Below, piece after piece: positions 27,965 through 40,100 of a DNA stretch of 64,000 nucleotides (within the stretch, counting starts at the first letter, position 1; each line of letters begins with the position of its first letter). This stretch comes from Haliotis rufescens (Eukaryota): positions 12,772,001-12,836,000 of the forward strand of contig NW_025963913.1 of NCBI RefSeq assembly GCF_023055435.1, given 5' to 3'. A model generated the notes under the pieces. The model saw nothing but the letters and a program-made list of their open reading frames with translations. It was not told where the DNA came from and ran no database searches. Both the position numbers and the translations under genes were made by a program.

Positions 27965-28060
27965 CTTTATTTGAAATCGAGGCTTCTACGAAAAGATCCT
28001 TGCAGTGTTAATAGGCATTACTGCCAATGAACTTCTACATTGAAAGGGACTAACAGTGTC
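27965..28060. promoter_or_regulatory. putative compact bidirectional promoter MRPL42 / APEH
   Basis: 96 bp between divergent ATGs; YY1-like AAGATGGCGGC over the MRPL42 start; CCAAT at 28024; depends on the APEH exon 1 call. Confidence 0.5.
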
Positions 28061-28105
28061 ATGAGTACAGAGACCGTTCAGGGTTCGAAGATGGTTTCGA
28101 GAAAG
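28061..28105 (+). CDS. APEH: APEH putative exon 1 (start at 28061, or in-frame 28091)
   Basis: [15 protein letters not shown], phase-0 donor AAG|gtagaa (weak), fits phase-0 exon 2. Confidence 0.5.
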
Positions 28106-31100
28106 GTAGAACGGGGTGTTAATGACTGAATATATTCTCAAGACATCTGATCCCATGACAGTTATTTGTAGCTGATATCAAAACTTTCACTGTTCATTGT
28201 CTGTCACTATCTCTGACTCTGCAAGATAAACCTACGTTCGTTATGAAAAAAACCAAATCACTTTGAAAAGTTCTTTGTAATTTTGTATCATCAGCTGACC
28301 ATGCATTAGGACAATTTAGAGCTGGGACGAGTCCAAATTTACCATCCGGGTACCCGACCCAATTTCTACGGTACCCCACTGCAAGTCTCAAGAGTTGGGA
28401 ACAAGATGTCTGGTTCTGAATTGTTTCACACGTATCAAACGATCAGATCATGCGTACAGTGAAGTTGACTGGCTTCGGCTCTATCGTTACTCAAACATAT
28501 AGTTACAAGTTAAAGGAATGTGTGCATTGTCAGAAAAAAATGCGAACATTAGCGACGGCCTACCTTTAGAATACAGTACCACAAACTTTTCAAACACGTG
28601 ACAATAGCCTATGACGTAATTTGTAGTATTTTGTTGCCAGTCACACCAGCGAAACAATGCCCTGTGACGTCAGGGGTCATCGAGTGTGCATAAGCTCCTC
28701 CCAGTGATCTATCATCTCTACACGAAATGTCATTTAATACGCCAAGCGCTGTGGAGAGTTTTGAATATTTGTTTACTGAATATAGCCTGCGGCGGCACAT
28801 TTTATAGCAAGCGCCAGTTTACGAAAGCACTGTTATTTTTTATATATTTTTTATTTCGTTTTTCTCGTAATTCAAGTGGCTAAAAGGGTTATAAATGGGA
28901 ACTAATATACATATATTATTTTTTCGGTGCATTAATTTTCATTATTATGCACAAGAATGTAGTTTATTAGGGATATTATAGTGATGCTGAACACATCCAA
29001 ATATCGCTAGTGTTAGGGTAGATTACCCCGAACTCTATCCTTAGCCCTTGGATCCCCTTTACGATCAATCACCCCTTTTTGATCATTAGGGTTAGGTACC
29101 CGTTTAGTGGTTATTAGATTACCCCAAAATCCCCGAATTCTGTCCTTAGCCCTTGGATCCCCTTTACGATCAATCATCCCTTCACGATCATTAGGGTTCG
29201 GTAAATCTACCTGTTTAGTTTCTCCTAAACGTAATTCTTCACACAAAAACATCGAGTAAAAAGAATTACATGGTTTTGTGTCGAATACTTTGGCTACTGG
29301 AAACTGTCCTGGAACATTCACACAAGCCGCTTTCACCGGCTACATTTTTTCAGTACTGATTCAAAAGCGAACTCACCGTTGTGTCGTCACTAGCCATGCA
29401 CATGCCTCCCTCATTCCTTACTATTATCCACATCATCCTTACCGTGTTCCCTACCACACTTTTCTGTCACAAAATCCACCCGACAAATTATTAGATAAAT
29501 CGTCATTCATGCGTAGTCGCGAGTTCAACGTCTGACGTCTGACGTCTGATGCCTTGAGCCGTTTTCAGTTCAGCCACTCGGTATCTTGTAGATTACGGAA
29601 TGGGACGAGTGTGCCAAATGGCATCGGGATCATTTGTAAGTGTCGACTTAAGTCACGAGACACCATGCCTACCCGTAACCTTCGTAAGGGTCCGTCACCT
29701 ATTCGACCCTTTTCGTTCAGTTCCGTAACGTCGTAGGCATGACTAGGTAAATTTGCACTTTGTTTTACAGTGTGGACGTAGCTCAGTCGGTTAGCTGTCG
29801 GGCTAACAATCCGAAGGTCGCGAGTTCGTGTCCGACGGTTTCTCACAAAAACTGGTTGCTTGTCTTTGAGACATGTGACCTATTGCAGAGATCGTCCTCA
29901 CGAGAAGTTGTGGACTGTATTCTAAAGGTGCTCCTTAGCGACTTGTAGTGTAACCACTGAGCTATCGTGAGTTTTTGTCATAAAATAATATATCACGTGA
30001 CTTACCATGGGTCCAGGTAGTCCTGTGGGTACCCGAGGAACCACCTGACCTGAGTACCCGAGACTGGCCGAGTTACCCGTCCCAGCCCTACCATGCATGT
30101 GGTCATACAATTTACGAGCTTTGTGATGGGATTCCAACCATGGACCTTCTGATCCGAGGTTGGACGCCTTGTCCACATGACCAGAGAGGTTAACACTGTC
30201 AGCAAGCTGACAAGGTGACGATGGCATTTGTGGGATAAGTCCATGCCCTGCTACACAAGACATTGCAGTTTCTTTCAAGCCAACTCATGGCCTGTTTTTA
30301 TGTCGTTCTTCATCTGTTGTAACCATCTCATCAGAATTCACTGAACTATATGGGCGGCCATTCGGTTTAAAAAATACGATGTTAAAAAAAAAGGACAAAA
30401 GTACACAATACACAATAAATGTCAAATATTACGAATAAAGAACTAAATGTTACTTATAAAGGTCAAAATACAAAACTATGAGACGCCGGTTTAAAAAATA
30501 CAAAGTTGAAATTAAGGTCAAAAGTATGGAATATTAATAGTCAAATGTTACGAAAAGACGTCATAAGAAAAGAAAGAACAATGTGTTCGAAAGAACGTCA
30601 GTGAGCATGAAAGGACGTTTACAATAAAGAACTTCAGTGAACACGAAAGGACGTTGACAATAAAGAACGTCAGTGAGCATGAAAGGATGTTGACAATAAA
30701 GAACGCCAGATGGCGCTTCAATTTGTAAAACATTCCAAGTTTAACCGGCTTGTTCTGCTGTGTATATGATAACTGAATGCATGCCGAGGTGCACAATGTA
30801 TTACGTCACTCCTCGTGCTCTCACCGTCTGACGTCATATATATAATGTATGTATGTATAATGTACACATTGTGTATATACACGTTGCGTTTAACTTTAAG
30901 CATCGTCATGGGTCAAGGGCTTTTTCATAAATACAGTACACTGTGTAATCTGACATCTGCCTAATTAGTACATGTATTTTGTATACAACCTTCAATAAAC
31001 ATTCATTTAACGTTTAACTAGGATTAATCAACAATGATCCAATTAATTGTTCATGCACGGTGCAACAAGAGGGCGCTACAATGCCGAGTCTTGTTTCAGA

Positions 31101-34100
31101 TGCACATATTGTCATAACATCTGAACAGTGAACGCTGTGCAAGAATTTGTTTTATTTAAAAGCTTTTCGGGAACTCTGTGCGAACAAAATGCTGCCTAAT
31201 ATCTGAACGTCAAAAATTAATATCATATAGATTTGTATGCATATGTATCACATTACACATTGGTTAGGAAAAATAACTTTCCATAAATAAAGAAAATTGA
31301 TTTTTCCTATGACACCAGCGTTCGTTTTCAAACCAGATTAATTTCGCTTATTTCTATTTGTGACAAAGACTAGTAAGTTGATGCCGAAACGTACGAATAA
31401 TTCAGGGATGTATCTATCGCAGCTGTGTGTGAAATATATGTGATGTTATATGCTTCTCATAACCGGCATACATTAAACATGTCTTTGTATCCAATATGGC
31501 AGAAAGTTCGCTTTTAAACGATTCTATGGTTAATAAAAATTAGCATATATATATATATATGCATGCATGCATGCAGTTATCATATACACGGCGGAACAAG
31601 CCGATTAAACTCAGAATGTTTACAAATTGCAGCGCCATCTGGCATTCTTTATTGTCAATGTCCTTTCGTTCTCACTGACATTCTTTATTGTAAACGTCCA
31701 TTCTCACTCACTGACGTTCTTTCGAACACATTGTTCTTTCTTTTCTTATGACGTCTTGTCGTAACATTTGATGATTAACATTGATACTTTCGACCTTTAT
31801 TTCAACTTTGTATTTGTTAAACCAGCCTCTCATAGTTTTGTATTTTGACCTTTATAAGTAACATTTAGTTCTTTATTCTTAATATTTGACAGACCGCCTC
31901 CGTGGTCTAGAGGTAGAGCGTCCGCCTGGAGAGCGGAAGGTCCGGGGTTCGATCCCCGACCGCGTCATACCAAAAGACGTTAAAAGATTGTACTTGTTGT
32001 TACCCTGTCTGGCACTCGGCATTAAGGGGCTAAAACAAGGACTTTTTAACACTAAAGCACATTCTGTGGGAAAGCGGCACAGTTGTCTAAGGTGCTGCAG
32101 TTCACTGTGTAGTGTTGCGTAGTTTAGGCATGCCCAAACGCTTTGATCATGGGTAGGACTCCCAGATTCATCCAGATTATGATTCTTGGTCCTTCAGCAC
32201 TATACCCATGCTCGTGGTTTCGTGGAAGTGGAAGTGACTAAGACCTACATCATTTTGGGCTTCCTAGCTTACACTGAAACTTACACTCCATCATATGGCT
32301 GAAATATTGTTCAAAGTGGCTTTAAACCACATTCACTCACTGCATCACAATTGAACCTGGTTGATCAGATTTGTTACAAATGGTTTCTATTGTTGTCAAC
32401 TGATCCAGAAATCTATGCAGATTTCTTGCATTTGAATTCCATTTCAGAATGTTTATAAACCAATCAGCTTGTGGCACACATATTATACAATTGGCATTAT
32501 TCTACAGGCAAAGGATATAGTTTCTGTATTTCGAGAGTTGGCGAAACAAGCACAGCCGACTTCAGCAACATTCAGCAATCAGTCTGCAGGGGATACACTT
32601 ATCGCAAACACAAAATGGTCTCAGAGGGACTTACTGAGGGGAGAGAAAACATCTTTCTCCAAAACATACATCCTGTCTCCAGATGGTCCCTCAGGTCTGC
32701 GTGTTGTCATGGCAACACCCCCACAGGAATTCTCAAATGTGTAAGACCTTGAATTGTGACAATATCTTCAGTTCATGGATTGAATATATTTATTAGTTTA
32801 TTATCACCCACTTCTCAATGTGAAGAGTTCTTCTCTGAAACTCTTCAAGAGAAGTGAAATTTTAGACACTTTTGATACTGGATACGATCTCAAATGAGTT
32901 TGAAAATTGGTGTGGTACATCCACTTTTTCAGAGTTATGGCCCTTGCTCCATGCTTTTCATCTTAGTGCATAGTACTTGCAATGGGGACAACTTTTCTCA
33001 GAAACTGCTGAGGTTGCATGAATGAAAGTTTATCTAAGACTAAGAGATACTTGTCAAGACTGAGTTTGAAAATTGGTCCCGTAAATTATTCGTTTACAGA
33101 GTTACGGCCCTTGATCCATGTTATTTTACATAGTGCGTCCAGTCTGCAATGGGGACACGTTTTCTCAGAAACTACTAAAGTTAGCTTATCTAAGAGATAC
33201 TTATCAATACTTATCATGAGTTATTTTTCCAGAGAAGGGGCCTTTGTGTGTATAAATTTCACATTCAATATTTTTTTTCTATTTTTAAACAAAAAACCCC
33301 ACAAAAATCCTATTTAGCCTGCCAGGTTCAGAATCCTAGATATATCTCTGTCATATAGCATGTTTTGAATATGTAAGAATAATTTAACCACAAGTGTCAG
33401 GCCAGAATGCACATTAACATGACACATATGCTGGTCACAGATTATGGAACCGGGAATCCCCATCTGGTCGACTGCGAGCTGTTGTCTGCAAAGTGAAGAA
33501 CAAGAAAGGGGAGGAGAAGCAATACTTTGAGGTAAGGCGTTTGTAATGCATGACATGCTATGTCTCTCACTGATGGCAGTCATCCAGATAGCTCAAATAT
33601 TCACTTTGTATACTGAGTCTGTCATGTCTTTCCATTCATCTAAATATATCTAAATATATGCTCCAGAACCTCTTGCTTTTCCCACTAAAACTGGAACTGC
33701 TAATAGAAGCTGTTCCATGCTTAAATTAGGAGAAAATCTGGATACACCTTGGAGAATACCAGCAGAACATGATTGATCTTGTACATGTACAGTCATAAAG
33801 GAGGACATATCCTGCAGTGCACAGAAGGAAATAGAGGGACTCAAAGTTCACACTGAGTTTTGAGAAAGAATGACAGGAAACCTAGAAGCTCTAATTGTGT
33901 GATTCATCTGGTTTTTTTATTTCAAGATATGGAACTCCAGTCGGAAGGTGAAAACCTTTGATATACAGTGTTGTGAGAAACATGGGAAGGTTTATGAAGC
34001 AGACGGTAAGGAGAGGATCCTTCCTCCTTTCTTTCCCCATTGGTATACATGTGTCATGCAAGTACAACCAGCGATTATTGCTAGACTGTAGGGCTGTGTG

Positions 34101-37100
34101 TGGGTAAATTTTTTTTGTAATATATTGTGATACAGGTATTTGTATTGCGATATGTATTGATATTTAATGGGAGCTAAAGTGTTGACAGTGATTGTTCATG
34201 CAGATCCCAGTTTCTACAAACTGAAGTAACTATTACAATGTCAAATTCAGCATAGTCAGTCCCCGCCATTTTGTAGTCATGGATACTGGGGATAACAACA
34301 TGAGAGAGAAATAACACAAATCCTCCGTTTTGTCAATCAATTTCTGTGTATATTTTAGGTTAAATGATACAAATAATAATGAAACTTGTTTTGTTTTCTT
34401 TACCCAATATACTGGAATAATGGAAATATGTTGCAACATAGGTATCATTTGAAAAGCGTATTGCAAAATACTGGTATACTGGTAAAACCATGCAGTCCTA
34501 CTAGGATGTGGAGAGAAACAGTAGGACTGCTTGCAGGTTTAAGCTGTATCCTCCCTCCGTTGTTCCCCATTGTGTCATGTGTCATGCTGGACTGCAGGAG
34601 AGACTGTTGCTCTTCCAGGCCAGTTCGGCTGCCTGGAGTGGTCTCCCTCCGAAAGGTACTTGGTGTATATAGCTGAGAAGAAAGTCCCCAAGACTGGAAG
34701 CTTTTTCGAGGAAGACAAGCAACCTGCTGATGAGGGTGCTAAGAAAGAGGAGATAATACGAGTAAGAGGGTTATGTTCTTAAATCAACTTCCTAAGGATC
34801 AAAATGTTTGTATGGATGCTGAATAAGTCTATCTTAAGCTTTGAAGTTACAGAGACAATGCAGCAAGAGGTGATGTTCTTTTTCCTTCGAAATTCCCAAG
34901 TATATTGGCAGTTATAGCTTACCTTGTATACCATCAGACCTATGGAGTAGCTTCTGTCTACAACCCTGTCACTGGTTTTTGTTTTTGGAAAACCCATTCA
35001 CTAAAATGTTGGAGTAAAAGCAATATTATGGACATAAGCATTTGATATCCAGCAAGGTTAACATTAGTGTGTGTCATATCGGGATGATAACTGGGACAAG
35101 TGTTGGTGAGTTTAGACCAAGTCAGTTGCAGTCAAGTCCAATACACACGCAGGTCTGGAGGTCCATTTATGAGCAGATTGATTTCCTTCCATTTCTCTGA
35201 AACTTGATAAATAAACAGATAAAGAAGCTACACCTCTTTTTTAATTTTATATACTGTCACACAAGTTTTATGTTCATTTTCTATAATACGGTGGTTAAAC
35301 TCTATTCCGTCCAGCAGTAGTATTGAAAGCATTTTAACAGTGCTTCAGTAAAGCCACATTTAGAAGTGGCAGGGCATGCTAATGATGGGTGTGTCCTCTG
35401 CAGGGGAATGAACATGTGTTCCGAGGAGACTGGGGAGAACAGCTTGTGGACAAACATCATCCTGTGCCGTGTGTGATTGATGTGAGGTCGGGCGAAGTCA
35501 CAGTGCTGGACAACATTCCGGGGGATATATCTGCTGGACAGGTAAGACCTCATGATGTTGTGGTTAGGTAACACCATAGAGGTTCGACAGTACTGGAGGA
35601 GGTCACTAATAAGAAGGCGTTATGTTGATCCTGAAGGCTAATGTTTGTGTGGCCACTTCTTGGTGTTGGTAGTGTCTAGTGTTAGGCAGCAGAACAGGTT
35701 CCAAGCACCCTGTTTGTTGTAAGAGCTGACCAAAATGACATCGGTGGTTAGTTATTTATTGTTGCAGTAAGCACAGCATTAAGCCCCTATTTTGTTGTAT
35801 CCAACCACAGCGATGTACTGTTTCAGGCAAGTTGGGCCAGTGACGATGCAGGTGTGGTGTTTGTAGGCTGGAACCATGATCCATGGAGGCTAGGACTCAT
35901 CTACTGCGTCCAGAGGAGGTCAGTCCATAGTCCTGCACACTCCATGTAAAACAGTTGTAGGCTGGCCAGGAAGCAGGAGTCAGTTCTGACCCTGGTTCAT
36001 TGTTACAATCATTTGGATGATACATCCTGAAAATATGATGGGCATAACACTGTTCTAATCATGATAATCAGCATTGTAGAAATACACGAGGTAAATAAAA
36101 ATAAATAGATATAAATGCAGTTACCTATATATCAACGAAATATTGGTCATCATATGAACTATACTTCATAAATTACTTAGTGTTTTGTTGCTGTTTCAGG
36201 AGTGGAATTTACTTTGTTGATCTGAAGAACACAAAATGTTGTAAGTATTGTCACATTAATTGGGAAAAAGTAGTGTCAAGGTATCCCTGATGTTTTGTGT
36301 GTCATTGTGTTGCGCCTTGGTATCCCTGATGTTACATGTGTCCGTGTGTTGTGCCTTGGTATCCCTGGTGTTACATGTGTCTGTGTGTTGTGCCTTGGTA
36401 TCCTTGATGTTACATGTGTCCGTGTGTTGTGCCTTGGTATCCTTGATGTTACTCGTGTCAGTGTGTCGTGCCTTGGTATCCTTGATGTTACATATGTCAG
36501 TGTGTTGTGCCTTGGTATCCTTGATGTTACTCGTGTCAGTGTGTTGTGCCTTGGTATCCTTGATGTTACTCGTGTCAGTGTGTTGTGCCTTGGTATCCTT
36601 GATGTTACTCGTGTCAGTGTGTTGTGCCTTGGTATCCTTGATGTTACTCGTGTCAGTGTGTTGTGCCTTGGTATCCTTGATGTTACTCGTGTCAGTGTGT
36701 TGTGCCTTGGTATCCTTGATGTTACTCGTGTCAGTGTGTTGTGCCTTGGTATCCTTGATGTTACTCGTGTCAGTGTGTTGTGCCTTGGTATCCTTGATGT
36801 TACTCGTGTCAGTGTGTCGTGCCTTGGTATCCCTGATGTTACATGTGTCAGTGTGTTGTGCCTTGGTATCCCTGGTGTTACATGTGTCAGTGTGTTGTGC
36901 CTTGGTATCCTTGATGTTACTCGTGTCAGTGTGTCGTGCCTTGGTATCCCTAATGTAACATGTGTCAGTGTGTTGTGCCTTGGTATCCTTGGTGTTACAT
37001 GTGTCAGTGTGTTGTGCCTTGGTATCCTTGATGTTACGTATGTCAGTGTGTTGTGCCTTGGTATCCCTGATGTTACATGTGTCAGTGTGTTGTGCCGTGG

Positions 37101-40100
37101 CAACACGAAGCCCCTGCTGATGGAGGCAGTTGTTTTACCACCATGTCCTGTTACATCCAGTGGTACTGAGTGAGGAAAACCGGTCAGTGAGGAGTCCACG
37201 CTTCAACCAGGACTGGTCAAGACTGGTATATTTGGACAACCCAGCCAGAGGAGGACACAGCCAGTGTTCACGGCTAATGATGGTCAGTTGTTTCCCCATG
37301 TGGTGTTCATGGTATATACGGAAGAATCTAATTGGCATCGAGCAAGAGGCCATCTTACTTTTCTATTGAATCAGATTTGATTAAGATGTTACCTGATTAT
37401 GTAGCAATAGTATAACATCATGATGATGATGATAATGAACAGTTCAGGTAATGACAGCTATCTCTTGTCCTGTTGAGAAACAATTACCCATTTGTGCCGT
37501 AGGTGTGCTTCACTATGTAGATTATTTGTTTCAGTATGACTGGAACACGAAGAAAACAAGTGTAGTTCAGGACATTGTAGACTCTGCAGCAGGTTTGTGA
37601 TACTCTGATTGTGCTATAAAGATTTCATGTTCACGTCGTACTAACTAGTCCCTCAGATTTTTACATGAAAACATGATTGTAATTCAACATGTGTAATGTC
37701 TACTTCAACAAAATGTCATCTTTTTGTCATCTTGCAACTGGTGCTCAATAAAGCATTTTTGGAATTGATATATAGACCTTATATAGGCAATTGATGATAC
37801 TTACTCAGTACAGACAGATGTTCTGATACAAGACATCACTTCAACAATGGCTCCATGTTACCCAAGTCCAGTTCTTCAACTCAGATAATCAGGCTGATAA
37901 ACTAAACTTGTACTGGTGTCTCCTTACAGGGGAAGAGTTCCAAGGTATCTTTTCTGGCAACCTTCCTAGAAGACCGTGGTTACCTGGAGGAAGGGAGATA
38001 GTGCTGACTACCTTCTGGAGGAGTAGGCAGGTGAGTTACCTAGACGAGGGTGTTACCTGGAGGGAGGGAGATAGTGCTGACTACCTTCTGGAGGAGTAGG
38101 CAGGTGAGTTACCTAGACGAGGGTGTTACCTGGAGGAAGGGAGATAGTGCTGACTACCTTCTGGAGGAGTAGACAGGTGAGTTACCTAGACGAGGGTGTT
38201 ACCTGGAGGGAGGGAGATAGTGCTGACTACCTTCTGGAGGAGTAGACAGGTGAGTTACCTGGACGAAAGGTGTTAGACAGGTGGAGGAGTAAACAGGTGA
38301 GCTACCTAGACGAGGGTGTTACCTGGAGGGAGGGAGATAGTGCTGACTACCTTCTGGAGGAGTAGACAGGTGAGCTACCTAGATGAAGGTGTTACCTGGA
38401 CGAAGGTGTTACCTGGAGGGAGGGAGATAGTGCTGACTACCTTCTGGAGGAGCAGACAGGTGAGCTACCTAGACGAAGGTGTTACCTGGAGGGAGGGAGA
38501 TAGTGCTGACTACCTTCTGGAGGAGTAGGCAGGTGAGTTACCTAGACGAGGGTGTTAGACAGGTGGAGGAGTAAACAGGTGAGCTACCTAGACGAGGGTG
38601 TTAGACAGGTGGAGGAGTAAACAGGTGAGCTACCTAGACGAGGGTGTTACCTGGAGGGAGGGAGATAGTCCTGACTACCTTCTGGAGGAGTAGACAGGTG
38701 AGCTACCTAGACGAAGGTGTTACCTGGAGGGAGGGAGATAGTGCTGACTACCTTCTGGAGGAGTAGGCAGGTGAGTTACCTAGACGAGGGTGTTAGACAG
38801 GTGGAGGAGTAAACAGGTGAGCTACCTAGACGAGGGTGTTACCTGGAGGGAGGGAGATAGTGCTGACTACCTTCTGGAGGAGTAGACAGGTAAGTTACCT
38901 GGACGAGGGTGTTACCTGGAGGGAGGAAGATAGTGCTGACTACCTTCTGGAGGAGTAGACAGGTGAGTTACCTAGACGAGGGTGTTACCTGGAGGGAGGG
39001 AGATAGTGCTGACTACCTTCTGGAGGAGTAGACAGGTGAGTTACCTGGACGAAGGTGTTACCTGGAGGGAGGGAGATAGTCCTGACTACCTTCTGGAGGA
39101 GTAGACAGGTGAGCTACCTGGACGAAGGTGTTACCTGGAGGGAGGGAGATAGTGCTGACAACATTCTGGAGGAGTAGACAGGTGAGTTACCTAGATGAGG
39201 GTGTTACCTGGAGGGAGGGAGATAGTGCTGACAACATTCTGGAGGAGTAGACAGGTGAGTTACCTGGACGAAGGTGTTACCTGGAGGGAGGGAGATAGTC
39301 CTGACTACCTTCTGGAGGAGTAGACAGGTGAGCTACCTAGATGAGGATAGTCATCTTTGATGATACTCCTAGTTTCAGTGTTGAGATATGTATTGATTTG
39401 AAGGATTTTGATTTGTGTGTTTGTGCCTCCTAGATATGTTATGCCTGTTGACATAGTTCATTATCTGGTTCTGTGTTACCTATAGCATTAACAACTGAAA
39501 TGATCAGATATGTCTGGAGATCATATACTCCACTCAACTTGTGTTGTCACATTCATTCCTTGTTTTTGTGTGAGATCTGGAATTGCTGTAAACGTGACTT
39601 GGGTCCTCACTTCAATCCAGTGAGGGAATAGTACAATGTGTGAAGCCCATTTCTGGTGTCCCCCGCCGTGATATTGCTGGAATATTGCTAAAAGCGGCGT
39701 AAAACCATACTCACTCACTCACTCCCAGTGAGGGAATAGCAATAAAATAAATAATGTTCTTGTTATGACTGGCAGTAATTTCTTTGTTTACCAAGGTGAT
39801 AAAACTTTTTATCTTCTTAAGCATACACTATGGTTTCATTGTGATTTTCCTCGCAGGTGCCAGTGATCATTGACATCAACTCAAAAACAGTGAGGAAACT
39901 TGATACAGGTATTTGACTCATGATTATCAAATTGAGGTACAAATGACACTGTATTGTTGTGTTGGTCGGCTTCCTCCTTGGAAGAAACAACATGAGTCGG
40001 GATTCAATACACAAGCAATTTACTCAACTTATTAAGATGGTGACATGATGTGGTGATGTCATCAAAAGCTGTGCTCACTGTAGAAGGACAAGGTTCAGTC

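Noticed and set aside
29772-30190. Two possible functional tRNA genes
   Set aside because: Acceptor and T stems do not pair properly and T-loops are mutated; treated as pseudogenes or SINE heads
36260-37199. 230-307 aa ORFs on both strands
   Set aside because: Translation of a 39-bp (multiple of 3) minisatellite inside APEH intron 8
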